DNA of 63,529 bases, counting the filler, from Globobulimina sp. (Eukaryota), in NCBI GenBank assembly GCA_003354225.1. It is 11 parts of 11 records of this genome, joined end to end, with 100 filler letters (N's around TTAATTAATTAA, not from the genome) between each part and the next. Parts side by side here need not be neighbours in the genome. Positions count along the whole stretch, not along the records: positions 46,317 to 51,989 come from PIVH01000471.1; positions 52,090 to 57,762 come from PIVH01000472.1; positions 57,863 to 63,529 come from PIVH01000473.1; 8 more parts are not named here. One strand, written 5' to 3'. The first letter of the stretch is position 1. Each line of letters starts with the position of its first letter. Positions 46,317 through 59,154 of the stretch are shown here, one piece after another. Position numbers and translations under genes: made by a program. Below the pieces are notes generated by a model. That model was not told the DNA's origin. It saw only the letters and a list, made by a program, of their open reading frames with translations, and did not search any database.

Positions 46317-46516
46317 ATTTACAGTTTTTTACAGATTATTCAAAATAAAAACATTGAAAGTCAAAATTGAATTCTTAAAGGTTGTGTTTCATCGGGAACC
46401 ATTAACATTTTATTATTAACCTATTTTCCTTCCTTAGGATCAGTTTACAGTCGATCTGGAATGAATTGATTGTAATACGTTATTTGTGATTTCTCTTTTT
46501 GCAATTTTTGGCACAT

Positions 46517-46693
46517 TTTTTGCGGAACAGAACTGTGGCGCAATTGCTATGTTTTATGGAACAAGCATTGTGGAAATGTCAACGTGATTTGTAGTTAGTT
46601 TATGGAACAGGTTTTTGAATTGCGGAAACGCAAAGCGGATAATATATACAGCTCCGCAAACACAAAGCAGATAATATATACAGTTCCGCAAAA
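46517..46693. repeat. Repeat cluster: 32-bp tandem duplication plus direct and inverted GCGGAAC/TGGAAC motifs
   Basis: AAAC(G/A)CAAAGC(G/A)GATAATATATACAG(C/T)TCCGC at 46626 and 46658; TTTTGCGGAAC at 46517 is the reverse complement of 46683-46693. Confidence 0.7.
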
Positions 46694-46853
46694 TGCTTTT
46701 TCAAGTTAACTTTTTTGACGAAGAAAATAAAATAAATTAAATAAAACCTGTTTTGACAACCAATTAAAACAGGAAAAAAAAAGGAAACGTAAACACCGCG
46801 ACACCTTCACAAAATAAAAAAACAAACATAAAAATAACATTGATAATATCCAG

Positions 46854-49800
46854 TCATTGCATATGATTTTTAACCAATAATAATATCAGATTTTTAACCG
46901 AGTATTTCTTTGGTTTAATCTCTTTATACGTGCAAAAATCCCTTAATTGCTTTGAAACAAATCCCAATGACTTTAAATGTGCAATTAATGCATTTTCATC
47001 CAAATTTTCTGTTCCTTTCCAAATATTTGCATAATGTTCATGAATAACGTCATGTTTCTGTCTATGATCTTGATAAAAATAAAACGTTTTTCCATCAAAT
47101 TTTTTAGTTAATGCTTTTTTACTTGAAACTGTTTTACTTTTCTTGTTTGATCCATTATTTATTGGTTTTGCTCGTCGTTTTCTTGTATTATTTGTTGGAT
47201 CCAATATTTCCAAATTTGGGGTCGATAATAGCATATTATTATTATTATGATTTGTATCCAATGGTGGCAGCGATAAATGAGTTGCAATTATATCCAATGG
47301 CGGCGGTGCATGTGCTAATAAATTATAATCATTAAATATATCATCAGGATTAGGATAATTGCGATGAAATATCATATCGATATCATCATTATTCACATTC
47401 AAGTCCGAATCCGAAACCGAATCAGAATCAGATTCCATTAAAAAATCATTCACGTTCTCCATACAATTATCATCATTCACATTTAAATCATTTACATTTA
47501 CATCATTGGCAGGTACATTATCCATAAGATTGTCATTGGTATCAACGACATCCATATCAATATCTTGTTCAACGATATCTTGTTCAACAATTTCATTTAC
47601 AGCAATATCACTTACATCCACATCAATATTTGCAATTATTTTTGGTTTGTAAACTAAACGATAATCTTTCTTGACATATACAGCGACACTCCACTCGTCA
47701 TCATACATTGTAATATCAATATTATTTTTAATATGTAATAAATCGTTTTTGATCGAGTACTGTTTTCTGTGTAAAATATTATAAATCATTGTATCAACAT
47801 TAATATTATTTTCAATCGTAATAATCCGTAATATATAATCGTTTGACTCCATATTTAATCGTATTTTTCTGTGTGTACTCAACTCAAAATAAAATATAAT
47901 AATATCAGATAATAAATCTCCATTATATATAAGTTCCAACAAATCAATCTCTTCAACTTCTTCTTTGTCACTTTGATTAAAAAAATGCTCATATTGCGCT
48001 GCATTAATACATTTCATTTGGGTTTGTTGCTGATTCCTTGCATTCAATTCATCCACAAACAATACTAATAGTTGGTATGTATGGATCGCTTGCTCAAAAA
48101 TTAAATGATGTATTGGTTCCAATGACTCCTCATAAATAACTAAATCAACAACGTTGTTACTATCCATATCGCGTATTATTATACCAGTTAGATATAATAA
48201 TGAATTTTCATGTGTTTGCATACAATTTGAAAATAAAAATGATTTAAATTGTTGAATATTGAAAATAATTTGAAAAAACGGAGATAAATATGATTGTTTG
48301 AGACCACATAAACTGTCATTGATGTGATGGCTGCATATCAAACATAATCAAATTATATTTATATTATAGAAACACTTATAATTGTAATATAACATATATT
48401 TATATATAAAAACCAAACTTTATTCGCCGTGTAATGCAATTAATTGTTTTTTTGATTGTATCTTCACCAAATTCATCAGCATCGGTTGAATCGACATATA
48501 TTAAGCCATTAAATTGCATCAATCCACTGCAACTACCACAAATCCAAAGTTTCGCCTCGTTCTTATAAAAAAATTGAATATTTTCTTCAAAAACACATTT
48601 CAAATGAATCTTAATACCACAGTTGGAACACAAACATGTTTCTTCGTCATCTTCCATAATATTTGACCCCTCAATGCATACTAAATTAACATCATGATTT
48701 AATTTGTTTGATAAACATCGTTTTGATAATGCCAGAAATTCATAATCATCATCAATATTTGAGCGTTGTTGAATAATTGTTTGCGAACTAAATTCTTTCG
48801 GAGTTGCACCGCCAGCCATTAATGATGATGCTGTTAATATCGAATCTGTTCCATTTCGCAGTTTATTTGCTACCAAAGACATATCACAATGCATCTCATC
48901 CTTTCCTTCATCCGCCATATTGCCATAATATACATTCAAACTATCTCTATCAATTAATTTCATTAAATGCAGTCCCATTTTAATTGTTGCTTTTTTGTTG
49001 TTTAATAATAATTTATCAGACGCAATAATAACACTTTCAAACATTTCTAAATATACTTTATAATGTTTCCCTTCTTCGCAAGTTACTAATAATGGATTAA
49101 TACATTTATATCGTTGCAAGCAATGAATAATCGCATTGTATGTGGTTACAAATGCTGCATTATTTATTTTTATTGAAAATATAGCACTTAATTTAGTATT
49201 TATTGATTTTCTCAAAATGTCATTAATTTGATTAATATTTCTATCATTTTTTAATAATATTTTTACATCATTTATATCATTAATATCATTTAAATCATCC
49301 TCATAAATCAATTGATCGTCATAATTATGCTGCAAATAATCAACGATTGTTTGTAAGTATTCATCTGTACCAACTTCCATTGATTTACAAATTATTTTAA
49401 TATCACAAATAGTTTGATGGATTTTATGCTTTTCCTCAGTAAATCCCATATTAAAAGCCATCCCAACTAATATTAATTGAGATATAATCATCGCTTCAGG
49501 CGCTCGTTCTTTTTTTATTGTTTGATTTGACATATATTCAGTGTAATATCCAAACGCTACTTTTTCCTCAAATAATGTGATTACCATAAGATGCATTTTA
49601 TTGTTATACTCCGAGATTAAAAACGTTTCTATTCCGTTTAATAATGATTTTGCGATTTGGCTATATACCTTGACATAATTGTAATTATTTATATTATGAT
49701 TTGTTTGTTTAATTAAATCATTATCTAAAATAATATTATTATCTTTTAATAAATTACCAAAACGATTATTTTCTGTTAAATTAAATGTGTCTAAATCTGA

Positions 49801-51737
49801 TGAAACATTTAACATTTCTCTCCAAGTATCATTATGCATTTCTCTGTTTTTCAAATCGAAAATAAAACGTAACAAACCTTCCCATTCTTCTGTTGTAAAT
49901 TCTGTTTTATAATCTGTAACAAATAATAGATCATTGGCTATTTTTAATAGATATATCAATTTTTCTTTATTTCGTTTAATTGTCATTGATGTATGAACGC
50001 ATTTAACAAGCCAGCTTCGCTCATATTGATTTAATCCATTTTTAGTATTTCTTGATATTAATCCAGGCACAAAATGTATAAGCATTACTGTTCCAGAACA
50101 TTGGATTGATGTACTTTTGACCGCCCATAATCGGATTTTATATCGTAATGAATGAGGATTAAATCTTTTATCACAATCAAAATAATGAATTCCATGTTTG
50201 GCAACATTGTGTTGTCGCAATAATTCAATATTACCACCATTTAAAGGAGAACGAATCGATTTTTTTTTCTTTCTCCAATATTTATCAATGTTCTTTTTTC
50301 TAATATTTACATCCGGAATTCCATATTTTTTGTTGTGTTTCCCATTTTGTGCTATAAATCTACAAAAGTTATTGTTCATTTTTGTGTGAATAAAAATAAT
50401 AAATTGTATTGGCGATATTGATTGATTGTTTACTTCCATATATTGAATTTTATGCAGGTTTTCTACGTAATTACTATGATTGAAAATTAATCCTTGAATA
50501 ATACGGCTTGGTTTAACGTTACGTGCAAATGAATAATTTAGTCGCACCCAGTATAAATCCAAAAATAACCGTTTAACTATTTTGCCAACAGTTGGGTGTG
50601 GCGTATATTTCCAATATATTTGATTCATTTTACATATTCCTTCATCAAATGTTTCAGTAATAAGTAAGTCTTTCATAGCTGCAATAAATTCGTACTTTTC
50701 ACCGCTTTCCATGCCATATGCAATTTTTTCTGGTTGCCTGCCACAATGAACAAAGTCATTTTCAAATACGCTGTCTATATTATTCTTTTTCAACCATTCC
50801 AATGCAAATTTTTGATGAAAATCTAATAATTGCTCATTAACTTTATCGTCTGAATAAAAAAATTTGATAATTCCATTACACTTCACCAAATCAACCCATT
50901 TATCATTTAAATGCAATGATAATGCGACAGAAAATCCAGCTCTTATCTTTGAGCATAAATCAGTGCAACATAATAATGTCTTAGCAATCCTTCTAAAATC
51001 AGGAATTTTCGCTGCAATTAATTGAATAAAAAAACCAAAATTGATACAATGCGATATCATATTTTCCTGCGGCGACACTAATAAATATTGGATCGGCAAC
51101 ACAATGTTTAAATTTTCCAATAATACCATAGTATCAGTCACCTGATAATTATGCTTTGCTCCGATCTTAAATGTTGTATCCACGACAGAATAAAATTTGA
51201 CAATTTGCCTGGCTAATTTTGGATATCTTTGAAGGACCGCTGTCGCCGCCTCTGGCATTTGCCAATCATAAACGTTTTTATCTGCAAACGATTCCACCAT
51301 TATTGACGCTGTTTCTTTATGCTTTTATATTTATATATATATATATATATATATTATTAAATAAATAAACAAAAAAATAAATACTTACTGATATGACAAC
51401 ACATATTTGTTTACTATAGATCTCAGCGTAAATAACACGCTCCTTCAATCCTTCGGGAATTCCATCTGTAAACATCTTAAAAGCACTTTGTGTGTTGCAT
51501 CCCATTAATTTAAATTTATTTGACCTGTTTTATGTGTTTTTAGTATGATAAACATAAAAAAAACATCAAAATAAAATACCGTGCAGTGTTTCTATAACTT
51601 CTTATTCTATCCAATGATCGATAATATGGATCATATTCGCCGGCAACATGGTCGTTTTTGTATCTTGGATGAGGGTACGTGGCATTTGATATTTGTTTTG
51701 GCTTTTCAAATGCCAATGGGTTCCTATTGCGAGACAT
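46854..51737 (-). mobile_element. Mutator-like (MULE) DDE transposase gene, spliced, with PHD finger and long C-terminal extension
   Basis: VVDTTFK...LPIQYLL...CTDLCSKIRAG...DFVH...SNYVENLHK fits the MULE D-D-(C/D)xxH-E pattern; PHD-like CSNCGIKIHLKC...WICGSC; introns 51525-51579, 51322-51388 and 48331-48418 join four ORFs in frame. Confidence 0.72.
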
Positions 51738-51886
51738 CTATATATTTTTAAAATTATATTATATTATATTATGTGTTTATAAATATCTGTTTATTTGAGT
51801 GAATGCACTGATTTGAGTGTTGATGGTGTTGGAGTGGAGGATGCCGGATTTGAACGAGTTGCTATGGTGTTGGTGACTGCCGAACT

Positions 51887-51989
51887 TGATATTGGATATG
51901 TTTGAGCGTGGAATTGCGGACATGATATTGGATATGTTTGATGCGTGGAATTGCGGACATGATATTGGATATGTTTGATGCGTGGATTT
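51887..51989. repeat. 36-37-bp tandem repeat (about 2.8 copies) running into the contig end
   Basis: TGATATTGGATATGTTTGA(T)GCGTGGAATTGCGGACA units. Confidence 0.9.
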
Positions 51990-52089
51990 NNNNNNNNNNN
52001 NNNNNNNNNNNNNNNNNNNNNNNNNNNNNNNNNTTAATTAATTAANNNNNNNNNNNNNNNNNNNNNNNNNNNNNNNNNNNNNNNNNNNN
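51990..52089. other. Artificial contig linker
   Basis: N44-TTAATTAATTAA-N44. Confidence 0.99.
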
Positions 52090-52225
52090 ATTGGTTAAAT
52101 TTATAGTCTTTGATTTGAGTGAGATTTTGAACAATAATACGCCTTAATTTTACTTTTTTACCTTTATTGTTTGTACTAATATTTATCGACAATAAACTAA
52201 TAAAATATTGCTTCAAATGGCTCGA
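52090..52225. repeat. 136-bp direct duplicate of 56152-56287
   Basis: Two mismatches by eye; both copies encode SSHLKQYFISLLSINISTNNKGKKVKLRRIIVQNLTQIKDYKFNQ on the minus strand. Confidence 0.92.
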
Positions 52226-52713
52226 ATACACTTTGATCCAAAGACATGAGCGCCCGTCCTTCCGTCGTACATTTCTTACACTCACAATACCCAGAAACTA
52301 ATTGTTCTTCCACACAACTTTTTGCCTCAACCTTTAACGTCTTTGTCATCAATTCATCATTTCGTATTTAATCATTGTTCTGATGACGAGTTGGAATATA
52401 TTCACAATACATTGGGCGAATGCAATATTATGCATTGCAATGTAATGAGACGGCGCCAGCAAATACAACGTAGAGATAAAAATATGTAAAATGGGTAGCT
52501 CCATCTTAGGAAACCAAATAATTATAGAAACGATATTGTTTACCATTACAATGATTACAGCTGCAATTATGAATGGTTGGTTCTATATATATATCATAAT
52601 CCGCTATTTATACTATTTTAGTATTTTTAGTTCTTACCAACGACAATCAACCAACAGAAACCTCACAATAAAGTCTTAGAATCCGTGTTGATCACAAATT
52701 GAATCATTAAATA

Positions 52714-54949
52714 ATGGGTGCGGATTTCAGTGAAGAATGGTCAGGATATGAACACCAATTATTAAACGATACAAAAACGCAAAGCATTGCTATTGATGAC
52801 GAAAAACAAAAAGGTGTTTCTCAAATAATCAGACATCCGGAAGAAAAAGATGCATTTTCAGGATATTTAAAAGATGACAAAGGATTTGATCTTAACACTG
52901 CCTGGAAAATAGCAGATGACGCATTTAAAAAATACACAAATTTGCCACTGGTATGTTGATAACCCGTTTTTTTTCTATTTCCGATTTTGAGTTGTGACAT
53001 TTTTTGTTTTTAATTAGTTTGGATATCGCACATTTCTTACACCAGACCAAGATTTATCAAAACGTAGCAAATATGAATGGGATACATACAGTGCCATACA
53101 ACAGCAAGTTTTTGCACTGTCGAATGGTATGAGATCATTAAATTTTGCAGAAAAAAGTAACATTGGCATCTTTGCTGGCAACCGATCAGAATGGTTAATA
53201 TCACATTTATCAAATTGGCAATCATCATATCGCACGGTAGCATTGTATGACACATTGGGTGCAAACGCAGTTCAATACGTTGTGTCTCATGGCGAATTAG
53301 CGGCTATTTTTGTTGAAAAAAATAAGTTACCACAATTATTTGAAGCAATTGAGTCCTGTCCAGATGATCGAGCATTAAAATTAAAGTATATCATTCAATA
53401 TGATTATCAAGAAAAATATAACAATCAACATGAAACTGTATCCGATGCAGATGTAAAACGAGCGAAAGAATTAATATTAGGTTTAGAATTGATTGGTTTC
53501 ACTCAATTATTACAGAAAAGAAACGAGTTAACTGATTTAAATGAGCTCGAACCTGCACCAACAGACTTGGCATACATTATGTACACCTCCGGCACTACCG
53601 GAAACCCAAAAGGTGTCATGTTAAGTCACAAAGCGTTTGCAACTGCGATATCGACTGGAAAAAAGTTGCTTCAGTCGGCTGGCCCAACAGACCGACATGT
53701 CAGCTTTCTTCCATTAGCGCACATTATGGAGTCAATGATACAACTTGTACTGATCCAAGATGGTGCACAAATTGCATTTTTTTGCGGGAATATAAAACGA
53801 CTTTCATTGGATTGGCAGGAAATTGAACCAACGCTATTGTTTGGTGTGCCACGTATTTTCAATAAATCGTATGATAAAATACAGAATACATTAGCAGCAG
53901 CAGGTGGTGTCAAAAAATGGTTATTTGATAAAGCATCTGTGTCATCAGCAAAATGCATTAAAAATGGTCAGAGAAGCTGGTTATATGATAAATTAATATG
54001 GAAGAAAGTAGCAAAGCAAATTGGTTTTCACAAAGTGCGATTGTTGGTATCCGGTGCTGCGCCGTTACCACCGCATGTTGCTGAATTTTTGCGTGTTGTT
54101 TGTAAGGGAGCGAGTGTGAGGCAGGCCTATGGTTTGACAGAAACATGTGCGGGAGGCACAGCCACCAGATTCGATGACGTGAATTTGGGACATGTGGGTG
54201 TATCGGGATATAATTATGAATATCGATTAGTTGATGCGGCTGAATGTGAATATTTTGTTGATGATAAACCATATCCAAGGGGCGAAATACAATTAAGGGG
54301 CCAAGGTCTGATGGATGGTTATTATAAAGACAAAGAGAAAACAGATCAAGTATTGTCCGCAGATGGTTGGTTTAGTACAGGTGACATTGGTCGAATTAAC
54401 CCGAATGGTACGTTATCAATAATTGATCGAAGGAAGAATATGTTCAAAACTGCAATGGGCGAATATATTGCATCCGAGAAATGTGAGAGCATTTATTCCA
54501 AGGCAGGATGTGTTGGACAAATATGGATTTATGGAAATTCGTTTAAATCATTTGTCGTTGCGGTTATTGTACCGGATCCATTGTGGTTGGTTCCATTATT
54601 AATTCAAAACAAACTGTGGAATGACGAAAAGTTTACACCTGCGACAAAACCATATTGTGATAAATTTGAAACGATTGTTTCTGGGAATTACGATGTTGTT
54701 AAAAATTTAATGGTTGAAAATATTAAACAAATTGAAAGTGAATCAGATTTGAAAAAATTTGAGAAAATTAAAGATTTTCATATTGAATGCAAAGTTGATG
54801 AATTATTGCAAGGATTTAATGTTGAGAACAATACATTAACTCCGACATTTAAAAAAAAAAGACCTCAATTATTAAAAAGATACGTTGGATTTGTTAAAGA
54901 ATTATATAAAAAAAATGGTGAACCTGCAAATGAAGATGAACACTGGTAA
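52714..54949 (+). CDS. Long-chain acyl-CoA synthetase (intron about 52951-53017)
   Basis: YTSGTTGNPKG, SFLPLAH, AYGLTE, GWFSTGDIG, IIDRRKNMFK..GEYI, LTPTFKKKR. Confidence 0.95.
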
Positions 54950-55615
54950 CTTGTACTTTATTTTTTTGGCCTATATTGCCATATATTAACACAGTATTTT
55001 ATATTTAGTTATATTTGTTTTTTTGATTGAATACCATAAATAATCTTTTAGCCACGAAGTCGTGAGTCTGTACTAAGAGGAACAGTGTTTAACTGTACAT
55101 CGTTATAGCGAACGGAATAAGATTCGTTAAAATATCCAAAGTAGCACAAAAAAATTAAAAACAAATCTTACATACAAAAAAACAAGAAAAAAATCCAAAA
55201 AACATAAATTTAATTTTTTTTATAAAAAGAAGTCAGTAATATTAATATCACACATTTATATAATAGCTCAATAATAAATATTTGAATCATTAATGAATAG
55301 AAACGGATACAATCCGATAACTCCATTAATATAACAAATTTATATTCAGATTGATTATATCATGCCCCTTCATATGAAATGTTAAAATTATATTAATATT
55401 AATTATTGTTTTTTTTTATTAACAGCAATAATCAAATTAATATCTCTCAATTTAACACCAAAAACACAGAGCATGACACACAAAAACACGCACACTAAAA
55501 ATCCAAACAATAAAAATCATCACACAAACACAAGTAAAGCAAAAAGAAAATAATAATTAATTACATGAACATACACACAAAAAAACAGAGACAAGCCTTG
55601 AAAGATAAATTTAAT

Positions 55616-56836
55616 TTAATAATTATTGTTATTATTCATTGGAAAAAGCGGAAACATTGGCATCACCAAATCCATATTCATATTCATATTCATATCCATA
55701 TCACTGATATCAGCCTCAATATCCGGTAAAATTGTATTTGTATCAAAATAGCAGCTATTTTGTGCATCACTCTCCCCATAAACCACACAAGTCGCACTCA
55801 ATGAAATATTATTAATATTATTATAGTCATAATCATAATCAACACGCTCATCAGCAATATAATGATCATATTGCAATGGTTGTTGTATAGCTTGTATTGG
55901 TGTTATTGGCGAATACGATTTCTTTGATGATAATGGCACCGGCAATGACGAGATATTTATTGCTGGCGGCACTGACACAGTCTGAGTCCGTTGTTGCTGT
56001 GCTTGGTAATTATGATACGGATAAGTGGCAATTGCTGCTTTTCTACAATTACAATTTTGCGCATTCTGCATGGAATAATGTTGCCCATTATTATTAGGAT
56101 AGAAATGTGGTATATTTTGCACATTTTTCGGACACGATTTTTGTTGAAAGAATTGGTTAAATTTATAGTCTTTGATTTGAGTGAGATTTTGAACAATAAT
56201 ACGCCTTAATTTTACTTTTTTACCTTTATTGTTTGTACTAATATTTATCGACAATAAACTGATAAAATATTGCTTTAAATGGCTCGATTTCTCCAATGAC
56301 TGATCAAATAATAAAGGCTGCGGCCGCGCCCTTTTAAAACTAACATTTGCACTCATTATATCGTATAAAATGTAATAAAATAATAAATCGCGATATAATG
56401 CATTTAGATTTGTCGCATATATGCTCGTAAAATGGAAAAGTGAATCAAACAATTTCTGAAAATAAAAGTCACCAAACCATGCACCTTTTTGTCTGTTCCA
56501 CCAATTATCCGCAATGCACCAATATTCGTCAAACGTGGCTGGGATGGTTTTGCACGCCGTGAGATTTACACCCTGCCATTCATCTAATTTGTTATACATT
56601 GCTTCTAACGAAGATATTATTAATTTATCTGAAATGGAAAATCTGTTCTCATGCCGTCTAACCTGATCCATCCGTAATTCTTTATTAATATTTAATATGC
56701 ATTCGTTTACTACTTCTTCCACTTTTTTGCTGCGCGCTGCCACATTGGATTGTAATTTTCCTTTCATATTAATAACACATTGTTGTCTCCAACTTGCATA
56801 CGAATTTATTCTCAAATCATCAACAGACGTGTTCAT
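55616..56836 (-). CDS. Hypothetical protein with low-complexity C-terminus
   Basis: 406-codon ORF; no family recognised. Confidence 0.6.
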   Translation of the reverse strand: MNTSVDDLRINSYASWRQQCVINMKGKLQSNVAARSKKVEEVVNECILNINKELRMDQVRRHENRFSISDKLIISSLEAMYNKLDEWQGVNLTACKTIPATFDEYWCIADNWWNRQKGAWFGDFYFQKLFDSLFHFTSIYATNLNALYRDLLFYYILYDIMSANVSFKRARPQPLLFDQSLEKSSHLKQYFISLLSINISTNNKGKKVKLRRIIVQNLTQIKDYKFNQFFQQKSCPKNVQNIPHFYPNNNGQHYSMQNAQNCNCRKAAIATYPYHNYQAQQQRTQTVSVPPAINISSLPVPLSSKKSYSPITPIQAIQQPLQYDHYIADERVDYDYDYNNINNISLSATCVVYGESDAQNSCYFDTNTILPDIEADISDMDMNMNMNMDLVMPMFPLFPMNNNNNY

Positions 56837-56892
56837 TGTTACGGCAGTTTGAGTGTTTTGTTTGGGTTTTTTAAATTTAATAATATATCATA

Positions 56893-57534
56893 ATGGATGA
56901 TTTTCAGGAACTATGGCAACAAAGTGAACGACAATATACATCCAATTCCGATGAACTACTCTCGATCATCCGCTTGGTGCCAACCATAAGTCAGTCACAA
57001 AAGGATGACTATCAAAGACGTGGCCAAGATTGCTTACGCAATATGGAGCGGTCAATCACAGACTTAAGCCAAGCATTGCGAGATAACCGGTCATCGACAC
57101 AAAAAGACCAATATAGACAACAACTAAATGTATATAAACAACAAGTAAAGTCGCAACGCAATAATTTTAAAATGGCAATGCAAAAACAAAGGTATAATAA
57201 CTATTCGACATTCGAGAAAGAAGAACGCAAGAAATTATTACAAGGGAACGAGATAATTGATAGCACACAGAACGCATTGGAGCAATCAAAGCAAATCGTG
57301 GCGGAAACGGAAGACATCGCAGTGGATACAAGTGGGAGGGTCAATGCCCAGGGACAACAGTTGGAGCAGGTATTGGGAGACGTACATGAAATAAATGAAA
57401 CCTCTGCGAGAGCCAGAAGGATTATGTTGGGAATGGCCCGGCGAATGATGACCGACAGAATTATACAAGTTGTTATTGTATCTCTTGAGGTTGGCATTAT
57501 TGGCGGATTAATGTATTGGAAATTTGGAACGTAA
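56893..57534 (+). CDS. Qb-SNARE, VTI1-like
   Basis: Helical N-terminal domain, ERKKLL, SNARE motif with central Q (VAETEDIA...NAQGQQL...ARRIMLGMARR), C-terminal TM. Confidence 0.82.
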   Translation: MDDFQELWQQSERQYTSNSDELLSIIRLVPTISQSQKDDYQRRGQDCLRNMERSITDLSQALRDNRSSTQKDQYRQQLNVYKQQVKSQRNNFKMAMQKQRYNNYSTFEKEERKKLLQGNEIIDSTQNALEQSKQIVAETEDIAVDTSGRVNAQGQQLEQVLGDVHEINETSARARRIMLGMARRMMTDRIIQVVIVSLEVGIIGGLMYWKFGT

Positions 57535-57762
57535 TGACTTACAAATATATAATACTAATTTAAATATTAATTAATCATATCACTTCAAAGTGTCTGCAGA
57601 TTTTTTTTGTTGTGCGAGGATATGGTTGTGCTGAATTGTTTTTGTCTCTATAAAACTCCAAAAGCTAGTGCCCAAAAACAATGTGAAACAACAAAGAACA
57701 CGAAAATACAAAAATGAGTACTTTCAAATGTTATTGAAGATATCATAATTATTTTTTCTCGT

Positions 57763-57862
57763 NNNNNNNNNNNNNNNNNNNNNNNNNNNNNNNNNNNNNN
57801 NNNNNNTTAATTAATTAANNNNNNNNNNNNNNNNNNNNNNNNNNNNNNNNNNNNNNNNNNNN
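57763..57862. other. Artificial contig linker
   Basis: N44-TTAATTAATTAA-N44. Confidence 0.99.
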
Positions 57863-58451
57863 GAATAGATGTGAATATAAAAAGATTACAACCACGTTGA
57901 AATTGAGTCAACTTGAAAAGGTTACATTGATGCAACAATATGAGAATATATTTGATGCATTTGGCGATATTTCAACCACTGAAAAAAGGCTAAAGGAAGA
58001 AAGACAAGAAAATGAGAGTATATATGATGCACTTTGTCTTAAATGTGATGCGTTGCTATTAATCTCAGATCAGATCGTGGACTGTATTTGCGACTACAAA
58101 CATTGTGAGACAACGATGAATAAACAAAATGATGAAACGGAGAGATTTTTTGAACAGAAATGGTTGATGTTGGCACAAAATTGGCAACAATGGGGAAGAG
58201 CTACCATATTATTCTGGTTTAAATATAAAATGAAATGGTTCAAAGAGAATGACAAACAACAACAACGACAGGAATTTGAAGTGCAACATACAATGATCAG
58301 ATATAATATTTGTGGCAAAAATTTAATTGAATTGCCAAAATATTTGGGCAATGTCTCTCATTGCCATTGGAAACGGGAAATAGCTCAACATATAACAACG
58401 TTACATGCGCATCAAACATTGTTTGCGTCGTTTGATTATATTTCGAGGTAA
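57863..58451 (+). CDS. Coiled-coil plus SAM-like protein fragment (5' truncated, possibly degenerate)
   Basis: NWQQWGRATILFWF...YNICGKNLIEL resembles a SAM domain. Confidence 0.45.
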
Positions 58452-59154
58452 ATGTACATACCATAACAGTGACGATGTAAGACATAAATATAAGTAATAG
58501 GTTGGTTGTGGTGATATTCATTCCTTCCATACCACAGCAAATAGTGAGTAATGAATGTTGATTTCGCAGATTTAATCCATACAAACTACAGAATTTAGCG
58601 AAATACTTTCTATCTCTTCGTCGTATGGTCAACATAACAGCGCCAATCCAACTGCTTGATAACATTTCATCTCTTTCGGCTCTGTGCATGTAAATTAATT
58701 GTTAGTTTTTAGTTGCAATATAGAGTGTAAATTATACCTTAATATGACATTAGATCTTGCAATCAATGGAATAGAGTTTATTGTAGGAACACATAGCAAT
58801 GATAATATGAGTAATAATATCAATGCAACTACAAACATCCAACACACTGGATCTTGTAATAATATTTCCGACTCAAATGGTCCACTCTCTATGGACGTGG
58901 TAATTGATAGGTTTGGGGTAAAGTCATCTGATACCAATGAGAAACTGTATATAGATAAAAATGAGAAGTATGAATAAACCACATTTGTGTATTTGTGCAG
59001 CTGTTGGTAGCTCCCGTGCGTGCATTACGCAACGCATATTCGCAAAAAAACGTTTGTTTACAAAACAACAATCTCCGCCTATCACCGATTTCAACTCTAG
59101 TGATCGTTTTGTATTGAAAGTTTCAATTTATTGGACAATTGAATTACGATTGCA

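Noticed and set aside
51887-51989. 36-37-bp repeats of CRISPR-like length
   Set aside because: Head-to-tail with no unique spacers, no cas genes, eukaryotic context
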